This document shows, piece after piece, positions 28,285 through 37,500 of a DNA stretch of 64,000 nt (the stretch's first letter is position 1; each line of letters begins with the position of its first letter). The position numbers and the translations under genes were made by a program. This DNA comes from a virus (Duplodnaviria > Caudoviricetes), in IMG/VR virus record IMGVR_UViG_2856626968_000003, positions 29,725 through 93,724 of that record, one strand, 5' to 3'. Under the pieces are notes generated by a model. It was given only the letters and a program-made list of their open reading frames with translations, searched no databases and was not told the origin of the DNA.

Positions 28285-29439
28285 ATGACCGCTACCCTGT
28301 TCGAATCCGGCGTCACTCGACTGGACGCCGAGAACGCCGCCATCCAGGAGATGTTCGGGGGGATGCGACGGGTTTCCACCGGTGCCCGGCGCAACACCGA
28401 TCAGTTCACCGAGCGTCTGGTGCAGTTCGAGACGTTCATGGACGGTATCCGGACCGGCCGTCGCCGGCTGGCGCACTTCGCCGAGGCGATGTCCAGCTCG
28501 GACTTCCCGCTGCTGTTCGACGTCTCCCTCGACCGCCAGCTCTACGCCGCGTACGCGGCGATCACGCCGACCTGGCAGAACTACGCCCGGGCCTCGACCG
28601 TGAACAACTTCCTGAAGGTCCAGCGGTACGCGACCAGCGGTATCCGCGGCCTGCTGCAGAAGGTCGGCGAGCTCGCCGAGTTCGAGCGACGCTCCCAGAC
28701 CGAGACCATGTACGAGTACAGCGTGCACAAGTACGAGGCCGGGTTCGCGGTCTCGTGGGAAACCATGATGAACGACGACCTGGGGGCGTTCCTGCGGCTG
28801 CCCCAGGACCTGGCGCAGTCCGCCGTCGACAGCGAAGAGGCGTTCGTCACCCAGTTGTTCTGCGACGCCAGCGGCCCGCACGCCTCGCACTACACCGTCG
28901 GCAACGCCAACATCATCACCGGGAACCCCGGGCTGGACCGCGACAGCCTGCAGGCGGCCATCACCCAGCTGATGCAGCGGAAGGACGAGAGGGGTAACCC
29001 GATCGTCGTCAAGGGCGTGCGCCTGGTCGTGGGCACCGGCCTGGCGCTGACCGCGCAGGAGATCATCAACACGACCGAGTACCGCGTGGTGGACGCGAAT
29101 GGCAACGTCCGGGTGATCCAGGGCAACGGCGTCGCGTCGAACCTCGGCATCGACGTCAACTACTGGATCGACAGCATCGCTACCACGGCCAACGCCAGCA
29201 CCTCCTGGTGGATCTTCGCCGACCCCAACGGTGTGCGGCCAGCGCTGGAGTTCGGCCGGCTCAGGGGCCACGAGGCGCCGGCCTTGTACGAGAAGATCCC
29301 GGACATGCGGCGCATCGGCGGCGGCGAGGAGCCCTACAGCTTCGACACCGAGTCGGCGGAAAAGAAGGTCAGGCACGTTTACGGCGGAACTTTCGTCGAC
29401 GCGCGCATGACCCTGGCGAGCAACGGCACGGGCTCCTGA
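28285..29439 (+). CDS. Major capsid protein (Mu gpT-like)
   Basis: EAMSSSDFPLLF, YSVHKYEAGF.VSWETMMNDDLGAF, KVRHVYGG. Confidence 0.88.
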   Translation: MTATLFESGVTRLDAENAAIQEMFGGMRRVSTGARRNTDQFTERLVQFETFMDGIRTGRRRLAHFAEAMSSSDFPLLFDVSLDRQLYAAYAAITPTWQNYARASTVNNFLKVQRYATSGIRGLLQKVGELAEFERRSQTETMYEYSVHKYEAGFAVSWETMMNDDLGAFLRLPQDLAQSAVDSEEAFVTQLFCDASGPHASHYTVGNANIITGNPGLDRDSLQAAITQLMQRKDERGNPIVVKGVRLVVGTGLALTAQEIINTTEYRVVDANGNVRVIQGNGVASNLGIDVNYWIDSIATTANASTSWWIFADPNGVRPALEFGRLRGHEAPALYEKIPDMRRIGGGEEPYSFDTESAEKKVRHVYGGTFVDARMTLASNGTGS

Positions 29440-29442
29440 CCG

Positions 29443-29778
29443 GTGGCTCTCCCTCCGGATCTCGACCTCGACGGACGCGACAAACCGATCCAGCGCGAGC
29501 AGAGGCTCATGGCGGCCATGTGCCGCATGCTCGGCGAGATCGGCGACCAGCTCACCCTGATCCTGGACCGGCTCCCGGCGGCCCCTCAGCAGCCGGGAGC
29601 CGACTGCCGCGCGGTGGAGCTCCGGGAGCCGGTCATTCCGCCAGCCGCCCCCGCCCCCGCTCCGACGGCGGCCGCCGAGCCGCAGCCCGCGGCCAGGGCA
29701 CGGCCGCGTAAGACCCCCGCCAAGGCCACCCGCGCCCGGGCGGCCGTCAAGAAGGAGGAGCCCGATGCCAACGGGTAG
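29443..29778 (+). CDS. Hypothetical protein
   Basis: Operon position; VELREP motif with a Pro/Ala-rich tail. Confidence 0.55.
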   Translation: MALPPDLDLDGRDKPIQREQRLMAAMCRMLGEIGDQLTLILDRLPAAPQQPGADCRAVELREPVIPPAAPAPAPTAAAEPQPAARARPRKTPAKATRARAAVKKEEPDANG

Positions 29779-30076
29779 GAGGAGGGCCGCCTACTACGGC
29801 GACAAGCCTCAGGAGATCACCATCCTGACCGGCACCGCGACACTCGATTTCCCCTCCATCGCCGCTGGGACCACCGCCGAGCTGACCATCACGGTGACCG
29901 GCGCCGTGGTGGGCAACCCGGTGGCGCTCGCCCCGCCGGCGACGCTCACCGCCGGGCTGATCGCCTCGGGCCGAGTGACCGCCGCCAACACCGTGACCGT
30001 GCGGATGGCCAACGTCACCTCCGGCGCGATCGACCCCGCCTCGGCCACGTGGGGCGCCGCAGTCATCCAGACCTGA
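29765..30076 (+). CDS. Small virion protein
   Basis: LDFPSIAAG...TVTGA.VG...V.AANTV.VR..N.T...IDP; AAGGAGG RBS. Confidence 0.65.
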   Translation: MPTGRRRAAYYGDKPQEITILTGTATLDFPSIAAGTTAELTITVTGAVVGNPVALAPPATLTAGLIASGRVTAANTVTVRMANVTSGAIDPASATWGAAVIQT

Positions 30077-30089
30077 CCCGGGGCCCGCC

Positions 30090-30455
30090 ATGGCGATCGA
30101 TTTCGAGACCGACGTCGGCGCCGTCCGGCTGCTCATCCCCGACGTCGACACCGAGAACATGTTCTTCATCGACCCGGCGATCGAGGCGTTCCTCCGGATG
30201 AGCGGCGGCAACGTCCGCCTGGCCACCGCCCAAGCCCTGGACGTCATCGCCTCATCCGAGGCGATGATCTCCAAGAAGCTCACGATCGACGGCCGCTCCA
30301 CCGATGGCCCGGCCGTGGCCGCCGAACTGCGCGCCCGCGCGACCGAGCTGCGCCGCCAGGTCGACGCCGGCGAGGGCGACGACACGATCGGGTTCGACGT
30401 GCTCGACTTCGACCCCTGGCGTGGCTACCGCGGCTACAACCCCGATCTGTTCTAG
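30090..30455 (+). CDS. Head-to-tail adaptor
   Basis: VGAVRLLIPD...F....IEAFL...A.ALDVIA motif and position. Confidence 0.7.
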   Translation: MAIDFETDVGAVRLLIPDVDTENMFFIDPAIEAFLRMSGGNVRLATAQALDVIASSEAMISKKLTIDGRSTDGPAVAAELRARATELRRQVDAGEGDDTIGFDVLDFDPWRGYRGYNPDLF

Positions 30456-30464
30456 CCGGGGGAG

Positions 30465-30911
30465 GTGGCCCAGGTGCCGCTCGGAGGGCACACCCCGATC
30501 CATCCCCGCTGGTCGCAGCACCACCGGCCGGTGGCCATCGGCACTCAGACCGGACGGTGCCGTATCACTCGGCGCACCGGCAGCACCGGCACCCTGGACG
30601 ATAACCTGGTCTGGCACCCCGGGACGACCCGCATCACGATCTACGCCGGGACCTGCCACATCGCGCCGCCCGCACCCGTCACGTACACGACCCCCGGCGA
30701 GCGCCGCACCGGCACCACCGACTACCAGGTTGCGATCGCCTGGGACGCCCCCGAGATCCTCGACGGCGACGACGTCGAGGTCCTGGACGCCGAAGACCCC
30801 GAACTGGTCGGCCGGCACCTGCGGGTGACCGGCCCGCTCGGCGACGGCGGCACCCAGCAGTGGGAGCGGCTGCTGACCTGCGTGCAGGACACAACCAGCC
30901 GGGAGCGGTGA
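30465..30911 (+). CDS. Head closure/stopper (DUF6093-like)
   Basis: CRITR...IYAG.C...D.PE...D.V.V...DPELVGR.LRV. Confidence 0.65.
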   Translation: MAQVPLGGHTPIHPRWSQHHRPVAIGTQTGRCRITRRTGSTGTLDDNLVWHPGTTRITIYAGTCHIAPPAPVTYTTPGERRTGTTDYQVAIAWDAPEILDGDDVEVLDAEDPELVGRHLRVTGPLGDGGTQQWERLLTCVQDTTSRER

Positions 30912-31342
30912 TGGCGGAGTTCGAGTACGACGAGGTCATCCTCCACATCAAGCGGATCGAGAAGGCCACCGCCGAGGTGCTGGTCAAGAGCCACCTGACC
31001 GTGGAGAAGACCGGGCACAACACCGTCGCCTACGCCCAGAACCTGGCGCCCGTCGACACCGGCAACCTACGCGCCTCGATCGGCGTGGACTTCGACGACG
31101 ACGGCCTGGGGTTCGAGGCCGGCCCGACAGCCGAGTACGGCGATACGGTCGAGTACGGCGGGCGGCCGCACGTGATCAGGCCCCGGGAGAAGAAGGCCTT
31201 GTCCTGGCCGGATGCCGAGCACCCGGTGAAGAAGGTCAACCACCCGGGGACGGCGCCGCAGCCGTACATGCGGCCCGGGTTCGACCGAGCGACGCGCGAG
31301 TTCGACACGGCGATCGACGCGATCGTGCGGGACGCGTTCTGA
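30911..31342 (+). CDS. HK97 gp10-like neck protein
   Basis: APVDTGNLRASI, Y...VEYG, HPGT.PQPYMRP. Confidence 0.85.
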   Translation: MAEFEYDEVILHIKRIEKATAEVLVKSHLTVEKTGHNTVAYAQNLAPVDTGNLRASIGVDFDDDGLGFEAGPTAEYGDTVEYGGRPHVIRPREKKALSWPDAEHPVKKVNHPGTAPQPYMRPGFDRATREFDTAIDAIVRDAF

Positions 31343-31782
31343 TGGCGGTCAGCGCCGCGGCGCCGGCCGCGCCGCACACCGCTGCCTTCACTACCGCGCT
31401 GGTCGCCGAGGATCTCGCCGTCGACGTCGGCGTCGCCCCTGAGGGGGCTGGCTGGCAGGGCGAGCCCGGCCAATCGGCCTTCGTGCCGTACATCGTCCTG
31501 TTTCCCTCGCCGGGCAGCACCGACGGCGACCTCGGCGACCCCAACGCCTATCTCGACTATGAGACGCAGGCCACGGTCGTCGGTGCGACCGCCGGCCAGG
31601 TCGAGCAGGTCATGGACAAGGTCAAGGCCGCGCTGGTCGGCCGACAGCTCGCGGTGGCCGGCCGCAATTCCTACCGCGTGCAGCTCGGCGAGGGCGGCCG
31701 GCCGATCACGCGCGACGACACCGTGCAGCCGCCGGAGTACTACGCCAGCGCGCTGTTCAGGCTGCGCACCGGCCCCGCCTGA
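31342..31782 (+). CDS. Tail terminator
   Basis: PYIVL.P, QATVVG.T..Q, position before the major tail gene. Confidence 0.65.
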   Translation: MAVSAAAPAAPHTAAFTTALVAEDLAVDVGVAPEGAGWQGEPGQSAFVPYIVLFPSPGSTDGDLGDPNAYLDYETQATVVGATAGQVEQVMDKVKAALVGRQLAVAGRNSYRVQLGEGGRPITRDDTVQPPEYYASALFRLRTGPA

Positions 31783-31851
31783 TCCCCAACCTCTACTCAG
31801 CCCGGCACCCGTTCGTGCACGGGCTCTGACGCATGCCTGGAGGAGCCCCTC

Positions 31852-32181
31852 GTGGCGACATACGCCATCCAGAGTCCGAGCCCGAATGGAGTGGCGCTCA
31901 GCTTCCGCTCCGCGGCCTCGGGCGACAAGATCAGCGGCCTTCGCGCCAAGCCCGGCCGCATCCTCGTCAACAACGCCTCGGGCGGGTCGGTGAACCTCAC
32001 CTTTTCGCCGCCCGGCAGCACCGGCTACGGCGTCACCAACCCGACCAAGGTCGTGCCCTGCGCCGCCGGCGCGATCACCGAGATCACGCTGCTGCTGGAG
32101 TACCGGGACGCCACCGACGGGTACAACATCGCGCTCGCCTGGTCGGCGACGAGCAGCGTGACCTGGGCGGCGGTCCGCTGA
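31852..32181 (+). CDS. Small virion protein
   Basis: GGAGGAG RBS; AAS.GD...LVNNASGGS..LT. Confidence 0.6.
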   Translation: MATYAIQSPSPNGVALSFRSAASGDKISGLRAKPGRILVNNASGGSVNLTFSPPGSTGYGVTNPTKVVPCAAGAITEITLLLEYRDATDGYNIALAWSATSSVTWAAVR

Positions 32182-32417
32182 TGGCGCGCCGCATGATCCC
32201 GGTCCGCAACAAGGAGACCGGCGTCACCGCGCTGGTGTCCGAGCGTGCCTGGCCGCTGTTCGCCGCATCCCACGAGCGGCTCGACCAGGACAACTCCGCC
32301 GACGCGGCCCCGGATGACCCCGGCGCGCCGCCGGCCTCGGAGGCGTCTTCGCCTGCTCCGCAGGCCACCACCCACAAGCCCCAGCGCCGCGGTGCGGCCT
32401 CTGACAGCAAGGAGTAG
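32181..32417 (+). CDS. Hypothetical protein
   Basis: TGATG coupling to the upstream gene. Confidence 0.5.
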   Translation: MARRMIPVRNKETGVTALVSERAWPLFAASHERLDQDNSADAAPDDPGAPPASEASSPAPQATTHKPQRRGAASDSKE

Positions 32418-32419
32418 CC

Positions 32420-32911
32420 ATGCCGGTCGGTGCAGACCTTCTCGGCGACGGCAACGTCAAGGTGACCTTCGTCCTGACGATCGCCGACATCGACAACCCC
32501 ACCGCCGGTGAGCTGAACGCCGGTGTGGACCTGCAGGAGCACATCACCAAGCAGGGCCTGGACATCCAGCCCGACCAGGCGTCGGTGGACAACACCGCGC
32601 TCGCGTCGCGTACCGAGACCGAGGACGCCGGCACGGTGTCCTACAAGATCGAGGTCACCGCCAAGCGGAAGCAGGTCGCGCTCCAGGACATCGCCTGGAA
32701 CACCCTGACCGACGGCCAGCTGGGTTACCTCGCGGTGCGACGGAATCTGCCGCACGAGACGGCCTGGGCCGCCGGGCAGGACGCCGAGGTGCACCCGGTG
32801 CGCTGCGGCCGCCCGAACATGCAGCCGCCTGAGCTGAACACCGCCCAGCAGTTCAAGAGCAAGCTGTTCAACCACTCAGAGTCCGCGCCGGCGGCTGTGG
32901 TGGCAGCCTGA
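32420..32911 (+). CDS. Major tail protein
   Basis: DGNVKVTFV.TIADI.NPTAGELNAG.DL, GYL.VRR. Confidence 0.8.
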   Translation: MPVGADLLGDGNVKVTFVLTIADIDNPTAGELNAGVDLQEHITKQGLDIQPDQASVDNTALASRTETEDAGTVSYKIEVTAKRKQVALQDIAWNTLTDGQLGYLAVRRNLPHETAWAAGQDAEVHPVRCGRPNMQPPELNTAQQFKSKLFNHSESAPAAVVAA

Positions 32912-33447
32912 TGGAACTGAAGATCGACGACATTCTCGGGCAGATTCAGCTGCCGCAGAAGTCCGTTCCCTTGTGCCTGCGCGCCGACCTGCAGGCCCGT
33001 TTCGACAGCCTCGAGCGGGAGCTGCGCGCGGCCCAGCGCGCTCCTGAGCAGGACTCCCTGGCCGGTATGGGCGCGGCCGCGCGGGAGATCGCCACCCAGA
33101 TCGAGGCGACCCGCGCGGAGATGCAGCGGCACACCGTGGAGTTCCGGCTCCAGGCTCTGCCGCAGAAGCAGTGGTCGGACCTGCTGAAGAAGCACCCGCC
33201 GCGTAAGGGCAACAAGGACGACGACATGGCCGATTACAACGTCGGGACCTTTCCGGTCGCGGCGCTGGCGGCGTGCTCGGTGTCGCCCGAGATGACCGAG
33301 GAGGACGCCGGGCGGCTGGTTGACGCGATCACCAACGGCCAGTGGGCCCGGCTGAACATGGCGCTCGGCGAGCTGAACAACGGCGGTGCGGAGGTCCCTT
33401 TCTCCGCCGCCGCATCCGCGCTGGCGGGCGGCACGCAGACGAGTTAG
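32911..33447 (+). CDS. Tail assembly chaperone (gpG-like)
   Basis: FRLQAL...W..L...HPPR; ends near the VPFS slippery site. Confidence 0.8.
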   Translation: MELKIDDILGQIQLPQKSVPLCLRADLQARFDSLERELRAAQRAPEQDSLAGMGAAAREIATQIEATRAEMQRHTVEFRLQALPQKQWSDLLKKHPPRKGNKDDDMADYNVGTFPVAALAACSVSPEMTEEDAGRLVDAITNGQWARLNMALGELNNGGAEVPFSAAASALAGGTQTS

Positions 33448-33818
33448 CGCTGGCTGCCTACTACCGGGTCCCGCGCTCGCGGCTGCTGGGCCGGGAGCCG
33501 GTAGAGACGACTACCTATCACTACGACCGGAGCGGGCGTCTCACCCACACGGTGACCGTCCGCGAGCCGGAGTGGCTGGAGGACGACCTGGCCTGGGCCC
33601 TGGCTTGGAAGCATGAGCAGGACTGCAAGTGCCCCGGGTGCAAGCTGCCGCTGGATGAGACGACCGACCCGGCCAACAACGGCCTGTATGAGGTTCCGCT
33701 GCCAGTGCGGTGCTTCGCGTGCACGCCGCTGGCCAAGGCGCACGCCGACTATGCCGAGTCCGACCCGGGGCTGCTGCTCCATGCCGAGCGCGTCGACGAT
33801 GACCCGCCCGTTATCTGA
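33396..33818 (+). CDS. Tail assembly chaperone -1 frameshift extension (gpGT-like)
   Basis: C-CCT-TTC slippery heptamer at 33396-33402 leads into an open -1 frame with EPEW..DD..WA.A...CPGC...C.AC. Confidence 0.7.
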   Translation, partial: PFLRRRIRAGGRHADELALAAYYRVPRSRLLGREPVETTTYHYDRSGRLTHTVTVREPEWLEDDLAWALAWKHEQDCKCPGCKLPLDETTDPANNGLYEVPLPVRCFACTPLAKAHADYAESDPGLLLHAERVDDDPPVI

Positions 33819-34365
33819 TCTTCCACTCCATGGGGTCGCCGTCGTCCACCAGGTAGGTGACCGAGGTGGGGCGGGTGCCCTTGCGTACCTCGTAGGGGAT
33901 CCATCCGCGGACGCACTGGCCGGGCCGGACGCGCCGGTCTCGCGGGTAGAGGGGGACGGAGAAGTGGTCGGCGGACCAGGAGGTCGCTGACTCGACCACG
34001 GTGCCGTTTTTGTAGGTGAGCGTCCAGGGGCCCCATCCGATGCTGATGGGGGTGGCTGTGACGATGGTCTTAAAGCAGCGGCGGACTTCAAGGCCGGCGT
34101 ACTCGTAGCCCGCCCGGTCCGGTGGTACGAGTGCGGGAAGTGGCTGTTTGAATGCGAGGGCTGCGGCTGTGCCGGTGGAATCGGCGTCGGAGGCGTCGAG
34201 GTTTTTCCCGATGGTCGAGGGTGCGCTGCCGTTGGCTTGTGCTGCTTTTTCAGCAGGGGCGGTAACTGTGACGGTGACCGTCGGGGTTGCCTGTTTCGCT
34301 GCGCTACCACAGCCCGCCACCAGGCAGAGCGCGCCTGCTAACACCACGAGTCCAGACGTACGCAT
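33811..34365 (-). CDS. Lipoprotein moron, superinfection-exclusion-like
   Basis: Lipobox LVAG-C, PTVTVTVTAP linker, GQCVRGWIPY; antisense and lower GC. Confidence 0.75.
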   Translation of the reverse strand: MRTSGLVVLAGALCLVAGCGSAAKQATPTVTVTVTAPAEKAAQANGSAPSTIGKNLDASDADSTGTAAALAFKQPLPALVPPDRAGYEYAGLEVRRCFKTIVTATPISIGWGPWTLTYKNGTVVESATSWSADHFSVPLYPRDRRVRPGQCVRGWIPYEVRKGTRPTSVTYLVDDGDPMEWKIR

Positions 34366-34525
34366 TCGAGCTCCTATACGGTGATCGGCCCCCGATCCAC
34401 AGGCGATGATGGCACGCATCACCTGCGGCCGGTCGGTGAATAGTTCCAATCCGTTATGACCCGGCTAGGTCTGTTGATCTTGATGTTTCGGGCTCAAGTG
34501 ATTTGGCCGTGAGGGGTGACCCTCG

Positions 34526-37500
34526 TTGGCTGATCGCACATTGACGACCAGGCTTCGTCTGGACGTAAGCCAGTTCGTTGCCGGCGAGTCGAAGGCCAAG
34601 GGGTCTCTTAATGATCTGAACAGGCAGTTCGCGCAGACGGCCGGTGCGGCGGAGGGCTTTCGTAAGAGGTTGGAAGGGGCGTTCAAGCGCCTTCCGGACA
34701 TCAAGATCAACGCCGATTCACTGCCGGCCGAGGTCAAGATCGCCGAGCTGCGGGGCAAGCTCCAGGCCCTCGCCGATCAGAAGATCGGCGTCGACGTCGA
34801 CCCGAGCGCGGCCTTGGTGCAGATGGCCGCCATCCAGGCCGAGCTGGAGTCCATCCAGAACGACACCTCCTTCGAGATCCGCGCCGATATCGGCAAGGCC
34901 TTGGCGGACCTGGAGTCGGTGGTCCGCGAGGCCCAGCGCCTGGACGAGACCGTCGTGCAGGTGCCGGTGGAGGTCGAGGTCCGGGGTGGGGCGTTCGCCG
35001 AGCGGCTGCGGGCTCAGGTCGATGCGGCCGCCCGGTCTCTGCCGAAGATTCCACTGAATGCCGACTCCAGCGCGGCGCAGCGGCAGATCGCCGATCTGCG
35101 GGTGCGATTGGAGACGCTGGGTAGCAAGCGGGTCGGCATCGATATCGACGCGGCCGGCGCGCTGGCGGAGGTGCGCGCCATCCAGGCCGAGCTCGGCCGG
35201 GTCGACGGCGAGTCGGCGACCATCGACATCCGTGCGGACGCCGCTGCGGCCGCGGCCGCCCTGGCGGCGGTCAGCGCCGAGGTGTCGCGGCTTGACGGAC
35301 GGACCGCCAACGCGCGGGTGAACGTGGACGTCGCCGGCGCGCTGGCGAGCTTGCGGATGGTGGCCGCCGCGATCGCCGGCCTGGCCGCGGTACCTGCGCT
35401 GTCATCGCTGGCGTTCGGTGCGGCCGGTCTGGGTGCCGCGTTCGGTGCGGCCGGTGCGGGAGCCGCCGGGTTCGCCGCTGTTGCGGTGCCGAGCCTGGGC
35501 CGGGTCAACGAGGCCCTGACGGAGCAGGAGAACGCCTCCCGCTCGGCCGGCGGGGCAGGCAAGAGCCTGGCCGCCTCGCAAGCCGAGGCCGCGGCGCGGG
35601 CGCTGCAGCTGGCCGAGGCCCAGAACCGGGTCCGCGACGCGGCCACCGCGGTCGCGCAGGCCAAGCGCGCTCTGAAGGGGGCGATCGACGACGTCACGCG
35701 CGCCCAGGAAGACGAGGCGCGCGCTGCCGACGACCTGGCTCGCACGGCTGAGGACGGGGCTCGCCGTCACGCCGAGGCGTTGCGGCAGGTCCAGGATGCA
35801 GAGCGCGCGGTCGGTGATGCCCAGCGTGACGTCCTGCGCGCCCAGCAAGATCTCAATGAGGCGCGCCGTCAAGCGGTCCGCGATGCCGAGGACCTGTCCA
35901 ACAGGTTGACCGACACCCAGCTCGATCAGCGTCAGGCGGTCCTGGACCTGGAGCAGGCGCAGGCCCAGCTGAACGCGACCCTGAGGGATCCGCGTGCGAC
36001 GGCTCGTGACAAGGAGCGGGCCCAGCTTGGTTACGACCGGGCGGTGCAGCGGCTCAAGGAGCTCGAGCTTCAGCTGCAACGGGTCCAGGCCGAGCAGGCC
36101 GAGTCAGACACGAAGGGCGTCGAGGGCAGCGGCAGGGTACAGAACGCAAAAGACGCCCTTGAGGTGGCAAACCGCCGCCTTGAGCAGTCAGAGCGCAATC
36201 TGGCTGATGCGCGGGCAAACGTCGCACGGGTGGATGAAGAGAACGCCCGGCGGGTCGGGGACGCCCAGCGGCAGGTCGCCGACGCACATCGCCGCGTCGC
36301 CGACGCCCAGGCCAAGGTCGTCGACGCCCAGGAACGGCTGGTCAAGAGCCACCGCGAAGCCGAGATGGCGGCCCGCCGCCTGAAACTGGAGCAGTTGCAG
36401 GCCAAGGCCGCCATGGAGCAGAGCGGCGGCGCCGCCGGTGGGGCCATCACCAAAATGTCCCAGCTGTCCAAGGCCGAGCGCGACCTGGCCAAGGACATCA
36501 CCGCTTTCAAGAAGAGCTACGAAGAGTGGCAGAAGAGCCTGCAGCCGGACGTCTTCCCGGTGATCTCCAAGGGGCTCGACCTGGTCGGCTCGGCCCTGCC
36601 CAAGCTCGACCCCCTGGTCCGAGGCGCGGCGACCGGGTTCAGCCTCCTGGAATACCACGCAGAAACCGCGCTGGCCAACCCGTTCTGGGACAGGTTCATC
36701 GCCCGGCTCTCCTTGGAGATTCCCGGCGCGATCGACGATTTCGGCGTCGCAGCCCTCAACGTAGGTCAAGGCGCGGCCGGCATGATCCAGGCATTCCTCC
36801 CCTACGCCGGAGACCTGCGTGACTGGGTCGTCGACATCACCCGGCGATTCGCCGACTGGGGCACCAACCTGGAGAACAGCCCCGGTTTCAAGGCGTTCAT
36901 CGCCTACGCCCAAGAGAACCTTCCCAAGGTCCAGACGATCTTCGAGAACATCGGCATCGCCGTCGGTAAGATCCTCCAGGCGGCGGCCGCGCCCGGGCAG
37001 GGGGCGCTCGACTTCCTCGTCGGCCTGAGCGACAAGCTGGCCGCCATGTCGCCGGAACAGATTCAGGCGATCGCTGGCGGGGTCGGCGCGATCTTCGCGG
37101 CGGCCAAGCTCGGTACGACGATCAAGCTCGGCGGATTCCTGCTCCTCGCGGACCTTCTGTCCAAGATGTCGCCCGGCCAGATCCAGGCCGCCGCGCTGGC
37201 CATCGCCGGTGTCATGCTCGCGGTCAAGGGCTATCAGACCGTCACCGGGGTGATCGGCTTCTTCCAGGGCTTGCGCGGCGAAGTCGGCAAGGCCGGCGAC
37301 GCGGCGGGCACGGCCCGTGGAAAGTTCTCCGGCCTCGGGGATGTCCTCAAGGGCGCCGGCATGGCGACAGCGATCACCGGGCTAGCTCTCGGTGTGGGCA
37401 TGCTGGACAGCGAGCTGTCCGGGCTGAACGTGAACTTGCCCAACTTCACTCGGCACTTGGGGGACTTCGTCAACGGGGGCAAGCCCGCCGCCGACGTCGT

